A stretch of DNA of 64,000 bases, taken from the NCBI GenBank assembly GCA_050015075.1, contig JBEKCB010000004.1, forward strand, positions 64,001 to 128,000, given 5' to 3'. Source of the stretch: Candidatus Brocadiia bacterium. GTDB lineage: Bacteria > Planctomycetota > Brocadiia > CAIUPP01. The position numbers were made by a program, and so were the translations under genes. Shown one piece after another: positions 30,794-40,523 of the stretch. The notes under the pieces were generated by a model, which was not told the DNA's origin, made no database searches, and worked only from the letters and a program-made list of their open reading frames with translations. Each line of letters opens with the position of its first letter. Position 1 is the first letter of the stretch.

Positions 30794-32167
30794 TTACTCG
30801 GCTGTGTGTTTGTAATCCCGGTTGAAGTCGAGCACGACGAACTGCCGATAGCCGGACCGGAGCACTTCGACGAGCGCCGTGCGCCGACCCTGGTCGAGCC
30901 GGCTCAGGCGGCGGTAGACTCGCTGGATGTCGGCCGGCGTTGCGATCGGAGCGTGATCAATCGAGAGGACGATGTCGCCCGGGCGCAGCCCGCTGACGCG
31001 AGCGTTGCCCAGCGCGCCGAGAATGTAAACGCCGCGGGGGACGAAGTAGGCCAGGTTCGGCGTGCGGAACTTGCTGATCTCCTGCACGCTGCAGTTCCAC
31101 ATCGGCAATTCGAGACCTTCGGAGGCGAGCGGCTGCTTGAGGATGGGCGAGAAGCTCAACTCGGTCGTCTCCGTCCCGCGCCGCACCTCGAGCCTCGCCG
31201 GGGTGTCCGGCGGCAGCGAGGCGAGGCTGTTGCGCACGTCGGGGATGTCCTCGAGGAACGTGCCGTGCACCGGCAGGCCGTTGAGGCTGAGAATCAGGTC
31301 GCCCGCCTGCAGGCCGCCGTTGGCGGCCGGAGAGCCTTCCTCCACGCCGCCGACCAGCACGCCTTCGTCGCCCGGCGTGATCACGTCGCGCAGGAAGTCC
31401 CTCAGCGGCTCCAACTGGATGCCGCTGTACACGCGTTCGACCTTGCCTTTCTCCTGCAACTGGGCGATGACGCGCTGGACCGTGTTCGAGGGGATCGCGA
31501 AACCGATGCCCTGCCCCTGCGAGATGCGCAGCGTAGTGATGCCGACGATTTTCCCCCGCGCGTCCACGAGCGGCCCGCCGGAGTTGCCTGGGTTGATCGG
31601 CGCGTCCGTCTGGATCCACAGGTTGTACGGCGCGACGTCGAGATACCGGCGCGGGGAGCTGATGATGCCCAGAGAAATGGACCGGCTGAACCCGAACGGA
31701 CTGCCCAGCGCCAGCACGAATTGTCCGGGCTGGATCATGTCCGAATCAGTGAAATCGCATGCCGGCAGCGGGCTGTGTCCTGCGGGCAACTGGATCTGGA
31801 GCAGCGCCAGGTCCGTATCCGGATCGAGGCCGACCAGCCGCGCGGGGAGCATCTCGCTGTCGAAGAGGACGCACTTGATCTCGGTGGCGTCGTTGGCCAC
31901 ATGGCTGTTCGTGACCACGTATCCGTCCGGGCTGATGATCACGCCGCTGCCGAACACCTGCTGGAGCACGCGTTCGCCGGAGGCGACGTACTGGCGGATC
32001 GGCTTGACGAAGACCAGCGACGGGAACACGTGCTCCTGCGCGTGATGGATCATCGTCGGCAGGTCTTCGGCGCTCGGCTGCGCCGAGCGGCACCCGCACA
32101 GAGCGATCGCCAGAAACGCCAAAAGGATGCCCGCGGTCCGCGCGCCCGAGCGGAGTCTAGCCGTCAT
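30794..32167 (-). CDS. HtrA/DegP-like trypsin protease with PDZ domains, possible lipoprotein
   Basis: GSGVII, TNSHV, DLALL, INPGNSGGPL; LCGC lipobox-like. Confidence 0.93.
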   Translation of the reverse strand: MTARLRSGARTAGILLAFLAIALCGCRSAQPSAEDLPTMIHHAQEHVFPSLVFVKPIRQYVASGERVLQQVFGSGVIISPDGYVVTNSHVANDATEIKCVLFDSEMLPARLVGLDPDTDLALLQIQLPAGHSPLPACDFTDSDMIQPGQFVLALGSPFGFSRSISLGIISSPRRYLDVAPYNLWIQTDAPINPGNSGGPLVDARGKIVGITTLRISQGQGIGFAIPSNTVQRVIAQLQEKGKVERVYSGIQLEPLRDFLRDVITPGDEGVLVGGVEEGSPAANGGLQAGDLILSLNGLPVHGTFLEDIPDVRNSLASLPPDTPARLEVRRGTETTELSFSPILKQPLASEGLELPMWNCSVQEISKFRTPNLAYFVPRGVYILGALGNARVSGLRPGDIVLSIDHAPIATPADIQRVYRRLSRLDQGRRTALVEVLRSGYRQFVVLDFNRDYKHTAE

Positions 32168-32362
32168 TTTCCATCTCCCAAGCCAGAGATCATTTGCGCA
32201 GGCTTCTTATGCTAGCAGCATGAACCGGGGCTTTCAACCGAGAGGGTGTTCGGCCGGTTTCCGCTCAGTCACGGCCGGAAGGCTTCCTGAGCGCCTCGAT
32301 GAGAGCGAGGGTAGGCAGTCCGTCGAGTTGCTGGAGCGCAGCCGGGAGTGTCGTTCAGCGCG

Positions 32363-34456
32363 TCATGGCCTGAGAGGGCGGCTTTGATCCGCGGCGCGGA
32401 CCAGGCTCTGGACGAATCCCGGATCCGGCCGCCCGCCGAGTTTCTCGTACGTCTTCACGTCGGCCAGCGCCTGGCCGTATTCCCGCCTCTGGAAATGGAG
32501 CCTGGCCCGGTTGTAATAAGCGCCGGCGTAATCGGGCCTCAGCGCGACAGCCTCGTCGAAATCGCGGAGGGCTTCGATGGAGCGGGCGCTCCGGGCGTAA
32601 GCCCCGCCACGGTTGTTGTAGGCTTCGGCAAAATCCGGCTTCAACGCGATGGCCCGGTCGTAATCCGCGATGGCCTCGGAGTCGCGGTGAGCGTCAGCGC
32701 GCGCATTGCCGCGGCTATTGTACGCCGTGGCGTAGTCCGGGTCCAAGTCGAGGGCCTTGTCGTAATCCCGCACGGCCTCGGTCAGGCGGCCCATCGTCGC
32801 GTAGACGAGGCCGCGGTTATTGAAGGCCTCCGCAAAATCCGGCTTCAACGCGATGGCCTTGTCGTAATCGGCGATGGCATCGCTCAGCCGGCCGATCCCC
32901 ACATCGGCGACGCCGCGGCTGTTGTAAGCGGCGGCGAAGTCCGGCTTCAACGCGATGGCCTTGTCGTAATCCCGGATGCTCTCACTCAGACGGCCAGCCC
33001 CCGCGCGGGCCAGGCCGCGGATATCGTAAGCCGGCGGGAAGTTCGGGTCCACGGCAAGAGCCCTGTCGCAGGAGCGGATCGCATCGTCGTACCGGGATGC
33101 GCTGACGTAAGCCTCGCCGAGGCTGCTCCAAGCGCGGCAATTCCCCGGCTGCTTGCGGGTCGCGTCCTCCCAGATCGAGACCTCCGTCCGGTAATCCGCG
33201 TTGCGCCGGAAGGTGGCCCAGCCCAGCGCGGCCGCGACCGCCATCGCAAGGACGACGGCCGTCATCGCCGCCGAATCATCCGACAGCGCCGATTGACGCG
33301 CCAGCCGCCGGATGAGCGCGTAGCCGGCGATCACCGCGCCTGCGACGACCGCTGCCAATGAAAGATACATCCGGTGCTCGAAGCACGCGTCTTTGATCGG
33401 CATGACCGACGAGGTCGGCGCGAGGATCAGGAAGAACCATGCGCCCAGGAATCCCAGCGCCGGCCGCCGAACGACGGCCCAGGCGGTGGCGGCCAGCAAC
33501 GCCGCCAGCGCAATCACTTCAGGCGCTACCTCCTCGAACGTCGCCGCGAACGGCCAGGGATAATCCAGGCAGAGCGACTGCGGCCAGAAACTCAGCCCCA
33601 GGTAATGGAGAATCACGCCCGGCTGCGTGAGCGCGTACCGCCACGGCGTGACGGTGCTTATCCCAAAGCCGGCGGCGCCCGATCCTTTGTACAGAAGCAT
33701 CATCGCGCCGAACACGGCCCAGGTCGCCGCCAGCCCAAGATAGAGCCCGCCGCGACGGCGGAACGTTTCGCGGAACGACCCGGCGAGGAACGCGCGATCG
33801 TACAGCAGCAGGACGATCGGCGCGGTGGCTATGACTTCCTTCGCCCCCATTCCCAGCGCGCAGACGATGACCGCGCCCGCGTACCACGGCCACGGCCGTT
33901 CGCTCGACGCGCCGCGGATCACCGCGTACAGCGTGAGCAGGTAGCAGAGTCCCATGAGCGATTCGGCGCGCTGGACGATATACGTCACCGATTCAGTCTG
34001 CAGCGGATGCAGCGCCCAGATCAGCGCCACGGCTGCCGCCAGCCCGGTCGCTGCGCCGCCGAACCGGTCGCGGAGTGCCGGCAGCAGCAGCGTGCGGCGG
34101 ACGATGCCGAAGAGCGTCAGCGCCGCGAGCAGATGGATGAGCAGGTTCCCGGCGTGGTACGAGCGCACCGCGAGTCTGCCGATGGCGTAATTCACCGCGA
34201 AAGACAGGTTCGCCAGCGGCCGGCGCGACAGGGTGACCTTGCCCGGCGGCATCAGAACCGCGGCGGAGCGCAGGCTGCGGATGGTCGCGTTCTTCTGGAT
34301 GGCGCTGACATCGTCGAAGATGAACGGGCCGCTGAAGCTGTTCGAGTACGCCGCCGCTACCGCCGCGATGATCACGAGGGCCGCCGGCACGGTCCAGACG
34401 AAACTCCGGGGTCCGAGGGATGAACGATGACGCGCTGTCTCATTCCTCATTCGCAC
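32363..34456 (-). CDS. TMTC-like membrane protein with C-terminal TPR repeats (putative protein O-glycosyltransferase)
   Basis: FIFDD, HPLQTESVTYIVQR, KE, EHRMYL motifs; repeated AYNNRG TPRs; start uncertain. Confidence 0.85.
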   Translation of the reverse strand: MRMRNETARHRSSLGPRSFVWTVPAALVIIAAVAAAYSNSFSGPFIFDDVSAIQKNATIRSLRSAAVLMPPGKVTLSRRPLANLSFAVNYAIGRLAVRSYHAGNLLIHLLAALTLFGIVRRTLLLPALRDRFGGAATGLAAAVALIWALHPLQTESVTYIVQRAESLMGLCYLLTLYAVIRGASSERPWPWYAGAVIVCALGMGAKEVIATAPIVLLLYDRAFLAGSFRETFRRRGGLYLGLAATWAVFGAMMLLYKGSGAAGFGISTVTPWRYALTQPGVILHYLGLSFWPQSLCLDYPWPFAATFEEVAPEVIALAALLAATAWAVVRRPALGFLGAWFFLILAPTSSVMPIKDACFEHRMYLSLAAVVAGAVIAGYALIRRLARQSALSDDSAAMTAVVLAMAVAAALGWATFRRNADYRTEVSIWEDATRKQPGNCRAWSSLGEAYVSASRYDDAIRSCDRALAVDPNFPPAYDIRGLARAGAGRLSESIRDYDKAIALKPDFAAAYNSRGVADVGIGRLSDAIADYDKAIALKPDFAEAFNNRGLVYATMGRLTEAVRDYDKALDLDPDYATAYNSRGNARADAHRDSEAIADYDRAIALKPDFAEAYNNRGGAYARSARSIEALRDFDEAVALRPDYAGAYYNRARLHFQRREYGQALADVKTYEKLGGRPDPGFVQSLVRAADQSRPLRP

Positions 34457-34459
34457 TTC

Positions 34460-35158
34460 TCACTTCAGGACGAAGCTGACCCAGACTTCCGTGCCGACTT
34501 TGGGGATCGCCGCGGTGTTGACTTCGAAGCCGAGCGTGTCGCCGCGGTACGGATTTCCGGCGGCGGAGGCGGCGTTCAGCACGCAGGCCTTGCGATACCA
34601 GAGGCCGACGGGCGTCCGCTCCATGTCGCCGACGTAGACCTCCTGTCCATCGGAAGTCTTGCCGGAGAAGGAGCCGGTGAAAACCCACTCGAGTTTCTCC
34701 GGCGGCCGCTTCGTGGCGCGATCCATCAGCCAGGATTCGGCATTCGCGGTGTGCTCGCCTTTATCGTCGCTCCAGCGCAGCGTGATGCCCACGCGGCTGC
34801 CGGGCGCGGCAGGCTCTTTCGGCGGCGGAGCGGCCGCGCCGCCCTTGAACGACTCGGGCATGCCGCCCGGCCTGGCGCCGAGCGCAAGCAGCGCGGCGTG
34901 CAGGTCGTGGCACTGGCCTTCGAGGATCAGCACCGACTCGTATTCCTTGCCGCTGTCCGCGTTGACGGCGAAGAAGTCGAGGATGCCGGAGGTGAGGCAG
35001 ACTGTGGCGCGGACCTCGGCGCGCCTCTCGGAGGCATAGATCGTGTATTTCCCGAGCACGCGCTTGAGCGGCGAGGCTGCGGTTTCCGGCGCGGCGAAGG
35101 CGTACGCGGACACAAAAAGCAGGGTCGCGGCGGCGAGAATCGAAATTTCCCGGCGCAT
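34460..35158 (-). CDS. YdjY-domain-like exported protein
   Basis: Signal peptide, KEYESVL, LHAALLALGARPG, WVFTGS; GGAGG RBS. Confidence 0.7.
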   Translation of the reverse strand: MRREISILAAATLLFVSAYAFAAPETAASPLKRVLGKYTIYASERRAEVRATVCLTSGILDFFAVNADSGKEYESVLILEGQCHDLHAALLALGARPGGMPESFKGGAAAPPPKEPAAPGSRVGITLRWSDDKGEHTANAESWLMDRATKRPPEKLEWVFTGSFSGKTSDGQEVYVGDMERTPVGLWYRKACVLNAASAAGNPYRGDTLGFEVNTAAIPKVGTEVWVSFVLK

Positions 35159-35365
35159 GAGTCGGCCTCCTTCATTCCCCTCGCGTGTCAAAGCCCTCCA
35201 TCAACATGACGCGAGTATAACGGCAAGGCGCGCGCGTTTCCATGCGGATTCGCGGGCGCAGGTCACCGCGCCGGGACAGACAGCGTCCTAGGGTTGTCAT
35301 CGTGCGAACCTTGTGGTAAGCTCCCGGCAATCCAAGGTTCGCAGGTTCAGTTCGAGAGGGCGTGA

Positions 35366-36757
35366 ATGAGCGTCTCTGGCCAATGCGATGAAGCCGCAAC
35401 TCGAATCCACGAGGCTTCAATTGCCCTTTTGGAAAATCCCGGCATCGGGATTGACCACGATGAGATAAGGTCCCTCCTCTTGAAGCGCGGCGCCAGGCCG
35501 GGAACCCGGAACGATAGCGTCAGGCTGCCAGCCGCGCTGATCGCCGAGGCGCTCGCGCAGTGCCCGAAGCAGTTCGATCTCACCGACCGCGGAGGCGTTC
35601 CGACCCGTTTGTCGGCTGTGTCGGAACCGGTCTTCTGGTCCTGTCCGGGAATGTTCCTGCATCGTTCCGACGAACACCGGCTCTTCACCTCGCGCGACAT
35701 GGCCGACATGAGCCGGCTGCTGCATCACCTCCGCCACGTGCAGGCGGTCTTCGGCATGTCGCTGGACGACGTGCCTCCTCCCGCGCGCGATGTGGTGGGC
35801 TTGCAGATCATGGCGAAGAACACCTCCAAGCACCTGCGCGTCCTGTGCTTTTCGCCGGAAGGGGCCGAGGCGCTGACGCGCATGAAGCCGGTGGTCGGAA
35901 AACATCCCTGGTTCAGCGTCGGCTTCACCGCCCATGGCCCGCTGCGCTGGACGGGGCTGGCGCTGGAGATATTCCGGAAGACGGCCGGTCACGGGATTCC
36001 GGTTTCCGTCAACGGAGAACCGATGGCGGGCGCTTCGGGTCCGGCGACGCTCGCCGGCTCGGCCGCCGTGGGGAATGCGGAGATTCTCGCCGGCCTTGTC
36101 GTCAACCAGCTTCTGGAACCGGGCCGGCCCTGCATTTACAACCTTGGCCTGGCGCACATCTTCGACATGAGGGCGGCTGTAGCTGTGACGGGCGGGCCGG
36201 AAAACGCCCTCCTCGCTCAGATTTCCGCCCGCATGGGCCGGTACTACGATCTGCCATCCGCCTCGTGGGTCTCCACGGAGGCGCTGTCGCCCGACGGACA
36301 GGCCGCGCTCGAAAAAATGTTCGGCTTTCATTCCCACATGGAGAGCGGCGTCAACTGCATCTGGGGCGTCGGGCAGCTGGAATCGGAACTGGCGATTTCT
36401 CCGGAGCAGGCGGTCATTGACAACGAAATGATCGGCTTCGCCTTGCGGTATCGTCGAGGGTTCACGACCAGCGCCGATGCGCTGGCGGTGGAGGTCACCC
36501 GCGCCGTGGGCATCGCGGGCTCATTTCTCGACCAGGAGCACACCGCTGCGCATTGTCGCTCGGAATTCTTCATGCCGGATCTGCTGTTCAGAGGGCGGCG
36601 CGCGGCGGACGCCGGCGGGACCGATCACCTGCGGAAGCGCGCGGAGGAGATCGCCGCGGAGGAGATGGCCAAGCCGGCGGAGAACGGGCTTTCCGCCGAC
36701 CAGGCGCGCGCGCTGGACGACATCGCCTCGGACTTCCTTCAGCGGATAGCCGGTTAG
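35366..36757 (+). CDS. MttB-superfamily (trimethylamine methyltransferase-like) protein, non-pyrrolysine
   Basis: IHEASIALLE..GI, GASGPATLAG, NAEILAGL, EQAVIDNE, GSFL..EHT; no in-frame TAG. Confidence 0.85.
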   Translation: MSVSGQCDEAATRIHEASIALLENPGIGIDHDEIRSLLLKRGARPGTRNDSVRLPAALIAEALAQCPKQFDLTDRGGVPTRLSAVSEPVFWSCPGMFLHRSDEHRLFTSRDMADMSRLLHHLRHVQAVFGMSLDDVPPPARDVVGLQIMAKNTSKHLRVLCFSPEGAEALTRMKPVVGKHPWFSVGFTAHGPLRWTGLALEIFRKTAGHGIPVSVNGEPMAGASGPATLAGSAAVGNAEILAGLVVNQLLEPGRPCIYNLGLAHIFDMRAAVAVTGGPENALLAQISARMGRYYDLPSASWVSTEALSPDGQAALEKMFGFHSHMESGVNCIWGVGQLESELAISPEQAVIDNEMIGFALRYRRGFTTSADALAVEVTRAVGIAGSFLDQEHTAAHCRSEFFMPDLLFRGRRAADAGGTDHLRKRAEEIAAEEMAKPAENGLSADQARALDDIASDFLQRIAG

Positions 36758-36792
36758 GTATTCCGGCCGCCCGTCCCGTGCCGCCAGTCGCC

Positions 36793-36842
36793 TTGACAAC
36801 GTCATGGCCAGCGGATAGATTCCGCTTGTCATTCCGCTTGAC
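36793..36842 (+). promoter_or_regulatory. sigma70 promoter of the paralog array with operator-like repeats
   Basis: TTGACA-N17-TAGATT; AGCGGA-N5-TCCGCT palindrome on the -10; ATTCCGCTTG twice. Confidence 0.7.
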
Positions 36843-36881
36843 GACCCGGGCCCGGATTCCCCGTGAAAAGGAGGGACGAAG

Positions 36882-38069
36882 ATGATGATGTGGCAGCGCG
36901 TTCTGACGACAGGCGTCGTGCTGCTGGTCGCGACCGTTGCCGTCGCCGCGGACGAGGCCAAACCTGAGGCCTCCAATCCCTATGCGCAATGGAAGAACGG
37001 GCCGCCGAAGGATGCTTCCTTCTTCCCCATCGCCGTCTGGTGTCAGGACCCCGCGAATGCGGCCAAGTTTAAGAATGCGGGCATCAACGTATATATGGCC
37101 CTATGGAAAGGTCCGACCGAAGCCGACCTCGCTACGCTCAAGAAGGCCGGAGTATTGCTCATCTGCGACCAGAATGCCGTCGGCCTGGCTCACAAGAACG
37201 ATCCGACGATTATCGGCTGGATGCACGGCGACGAACCGGACAACGCCCAGGAGGTCCCGGGCGGCAAAGGCTACGGGCCGCCCATACTGCCGGCCAAGAT
37301 CATTGCCGGATACGAAGCGGCCGTCAAGGCGGACCCCACCCGGCCGGTGTTGCTCAATCTCGGCCGATCCGTGGCCTGGAACGGCTTTCCGGATCGCGGC
37401 GTGCGCTCCGAGCATGACGAAGATTACGCCGAATATGCCAAGGGAAGCGACATCGTCTCGTTCGACGTCTACCCCGTGTCGAACGTAGAGAAGCCAGCGG
37501 TCAAAGGCCAGTTGAATTTGGTTGCCCACGGCGTGGAGAACCTGATCAAGTGGACCGAAGGACACAAGATCGTCTGGAACGTCATCGAATGCACCGCGAT
37601 TAACGGAGCCGGGAAGGCGACGCCCAAGCAGGTCAAAGCCGAAGTCTGGATGAGCCTGGTGAGCGGGAGCCAGGGAATCACCTATTTCGTCCATCAATTC
37701 AAGCCCACCTTCGATGAGCACGCGCTGCTGGACGATCCGCCGATGCTCACCGCGGTGACGGCGCTCAACAAGCAGATCCATGAACTCGCCCCCGCTCTGA
37801 ACAGCCCCACCGTGAAGGACGCGGTCAAGGTGGAATGCTCGAACAAGGAGGTGCCGGTGGCGGCCATGGTGAAGAAAGAAGGCGGCGCAACGTACGTCTT
37901 TGCAGTTGCCATGAAGGCCGGCGAAACGGAAGCGACGTTCGGCCTGGAGGGTCTTCCTGCCGGCGCGCAGGTCGAAGTCCTCGGCGAAAACCGGAAGATT
38001 GAGCCGGCGGAGGGGAAGTTCAAGGACCGCTTCAGCAACTGGGACGTGCATCTCTATCGGATCAAATAG
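36882..38069 (+). CDS. Secreted GH-like protein, array copy 1
   Basis: Signal peptide, DEPDN, FDVYP, WNVIECT, ends WDVHLYRIK. Confidence 0.9.
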   Translation: MMMWQRVLTTGVVLLVATVAVAADEAKPEASNPYAQWKNGPPKDASFFPIAVWCQDPANAAKFKNAGINVYMALWKGPTEADLATLKKAGVLLICDQNAVGLAHKNDPTIIGWMHGDEPDNAQEVPGGKGYGPPILPAKIIAGYEAAVKADPTRPVLLNLGRSVAWNGFPDRGVRSEHDEDYAEYAKGSDIVSFDVYPVSNVEKPAVKGQLNLVAHGVENLIKWTEGHKIVWNVIECTAINGAGKATPKQVKAEVWMSLVSGSQGITYFVHQFKPTFDEHALLDDPPMLTAVTALNKQIHELAPALNSPTVKDAVKVECSNKEVPVAAMVKKEGGATYVFAVAMKAGETEATFGLEGLPAGAQVEVLGENRKIEPAEGKFKDRFSNWDVHLYRIK

Positions 38070-38083
38070 TCAAAGGAGAAACG

Positions 38084-39274
38084 ATGATGATCGGGCGGCG
38101 AGTCCTGGCGACGTGCGCTGTTCTTTTGGCCGCGACCATTGCCGCCGGCGCGGATGAAGCTAAACCGGCGGCCTCCAATCCCTATGCGCAATGGAAGAAC
38201 GGGCCGCCGAAGGATGCCGGCTACTTCCCCATCGCCGTCTGGCTGCAGGCCCCGGCGAACGCCGCCCGGTACAAGAACGCGGGCATCAATGTCTATGTCG
38301 GCTTGTGGCAGGGGCCGACGACAGCCCAACTCGCCGAGCTCAAGAAAAACGGAATGCAGGTCATCTGCGACCAGAATGCCGTCGGCCTGGCCCACAAAGA
38401 CGACCCGACCATCATCGGCTGGATGCACGGAGACGAACCGGACAATGCCCAGGAGCTCCCGGGCGGCAAAGGCTACGGGCAGCCCATATTGCCCTCCAAG
38501 ATCTTTGCGGAATACGAAGCGGTCCGCAAGACGGACCCCACTCGGCCGGTGCTCCTCAACCTCGGCGTGGGAGTGGCCTGGGACGGCTGGTACGGCCGCA
38601 ATGTGCCGGAGAATCTGCGGGAGACCTACGCCGAATCCCAGTACGTCAAGGGATGCGACGTCGTCTCGTTCGACATCTACCCCGTGGCGTCGGACGACGC
38701 GGCGGTCAAAAACAAGCTGGACTTCGTCGCCCTGGGCGTCGAGCGGCTGGTCAAGTGGACCGACGGGCGCAAGGTCGTTTGGAACTGCATCGAATGCGGA
38801 CGGATCGGCGGGACCGGCAAGGCGACGCCCAAGCAGGTCAAAGCGGAAGTCTGGATGAGCCTGGTGCATGGGAGCCAGGGAATCATCTATTTCGTCCATC
38901 AATTCAAGCCGACCTTTAACGAGCACTCGCTCCTGGACGATCCCGAGATGCTCGTCGCAGTGACGGCGCTGGACAAGCAGATCCATGAGCTCGCCCCCGC
39001 GCTGAACAGCCCCACCGTGAAGGACACGCTCAAGGTGGAATCCTCGAATAAGGAGGTGCCGGTGGCGGCCATGGTGAAGAAGGAAGGCGGAGCGACGTAC
39101 GTCTTCGCCGTCGCCATGAAGCCCGGCGAGACGGAAACCACGTTCGCTCTCGAGGGTCTCCCTGCCGGCGCGCAGATCGAAGTCCTCGGCGAAAACCGGA
39201 AGATTGAGCCGGCGGACGGCAAGTTCACGGACCGTTTCAGCAACTGGGACGTGCATCTCTACCGAGTCAAATAG
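38084..39274 (+). CDS. Secreted GH-like protein, array copy 2
   Basis: Paralog of copy 1; AAGGAG RBS. Confidence 0.9.
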   Translation: MMIGRRVLATCAVLLAATIAAGADEAKPAASNPYAQWKNGPPKDAGYFPIAVWLQAPANAARYKNAGINVYVGLWQGPTTAQLAELKKNGMQVICDQNAVGLAHKDDPTIIGWMHGDEPDNAQELPGGKGYGQPILPSKIFAEYEAVRKTDPTRPVLLNLGVGVAWDGWYGRNVPENLRETYAESQYVKGCDVVSFDIYPVASDDAAVKNKLDFVALGVERLVKWTDGRKVVWNCIECGRIGGTGKATPKQVKAEVWMSLVHGSQGIIYFVHQFKPTFNEHSLLDDPEMLVAVTALDKQIHELAPALNSPTVKDTLKVESSNKEVPVAAMVKKEGGATYVFAVAMKPGETETTFALEGLPAGAQIEVLGENRKIEPADGKFTDRFSNWDVHLYRVK

Positions 39275-39290
39275 TCAAAGGAGGGCAACG

Positions 39291-40454
39291 ATGATCGTGC
39301 GGCGAGTTCTGGCGACGTGCGTTATCCTGCTGGCTGCGACCGTCGCCGCCGGTGCGGACGAAGCGAAACCTGAGTTCTCCAGCCCCTACGCGCAATGGAA
39401 GAACGGTCCGTCGAAGGACGACGCCTACTTCCCCATCGCCGTCTGGTGCCAGGAGCCTGTTATGGCGCCCGAGTACCAGAAAGCGGGCATCAATCTGTAC
39501 TTCGCGCTCTGGGAAGGGCCGACCGAGGCCCAGCTCGCCGAGCTGAAGAAAGACGGAATGCAGGTCGTCTGCGCGCAGAACGCCGTCGGCCTGGCGCATA
39601 TTGACGACCCGACCATCGTCGGCTGGATGCACGGCGACGAACCTGACAATGCCCAAAGCGGCGGCGCGCCCGTGCCGCCGGCGAAGATCGTCGAGGAATA
39701 CGAAGCGATCCGCAAGGCGGATCCTTCGCGGCCGGTGTTCGTCAATTTCGGCCGGGGCGTGGCCTGGGACGGCTGGAAGGGCCGTGGCACACGGAACAAT
39801 CACCCCGAGGACTTCGCCGAGTACATCAAGGGATGCGATATCGCCTCGTTCGACATCTATCCCGTGGCGAACATGCCGGCGAACCTCCGGGGCCAGTTGG
39901 ATTTCGTCGGCCACGGCGTCGAGCGGCTGGTCAAGTGGTGCGATGGGGGCAAGTACGCCTGGAACGCCCTCGAATGCACGCGGATCCACGGCGATGACAA
40001 GCCGACGCCCAAGCAGGTCAGGACGGAAGTCTGGATGAGCCTGGTGAAGGGAAGCCGCGGAATCATCTACTTCGTCCATCAATTCCTGCCCAAGTTTGAC
40101 GAGCATGCGCTGCTGGACGATCCCGAGATGCTCGCCGCGGTGACGGCGATCAATCGGCAGATCACGAGGCTCGCGCCCGTGCTGAACAGCCCCACCATTC
40201 CGGACGGAGTCAAGGTGGAATCCTCGAATAAGGACGTGCCGCTGGCGACCATGGTGAAGAAGCAAGGCGGCGCGACGTACATCTTCGCCGTCGCCATGAA
40301 GGCCGGCGCAACGGATGCCACCTTCACGCTCGACGGTCTCGCCGCCGGCGCGCAGGTCAGGGTCGTCGGCGAACGCCGGAGCATTGAGCCGGCGGACGGC
40401 AAGATTCGCGACCACTTCGACGACTGGGACGCGCATATCTATCGGATCCGGTAG
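39291..40454 (+). CDS. Secreted GH-like protein, array copy 3
   Basis: Paralog; AAGGAGG RBS; shorter loop after DEPDN. Confidence 0.9.
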   Translation: MIVRRVLATCVILLAATVAAGADEAKPEFSSPYAQWKNGPSKDDAYFPIAVWCQEPVMAPEYQKAGINLYFALWEGPTEAQLAELKKDGMQVVCAQNAVGLAHIDDPTIVGWMHGDEPDNAQSGGAPVPPAKIVEEYEAIRKADPSRPVFVNFGRGVAWDGWKGRGTRNNHPEDFAEYIKGCDIASFDIYPVANMPANLRGQLDFVGHGVERLVKWCDGGKYAWNALECTRIHGDDKPTPKQVRTEVWMSLVKGSRGIIYFVHQFLPKFDEHALLDDPEMLAAVTAINRQITRLAPVLNSPTIPDGVKVESSNKDVPLATMVKKQGGATYIFAVAMKAGATDATFTLDGLAAGAQVRVVGERRSIEPADGKIRDHFDDWDAHIYRIR

Positions 40455-40523
40455 ATGGCGGCTTTCAAGCCGTATGGGTTGTGCGCGCCCGCGTCACCGG
40501 ATTACCAGCGAAAAGGAGCAACG

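Noticed and set aside
28186-30825. 879-aa plus-strand ORF and similar long ORFs (731-3250, 12513-14489)
   Set aside because: Antisense shadows of well-supported genes
35366-36757. Pyrrolysine recoding in the MttB-like gene
   Set aside because: The ORF is full length with no in-frame TAG
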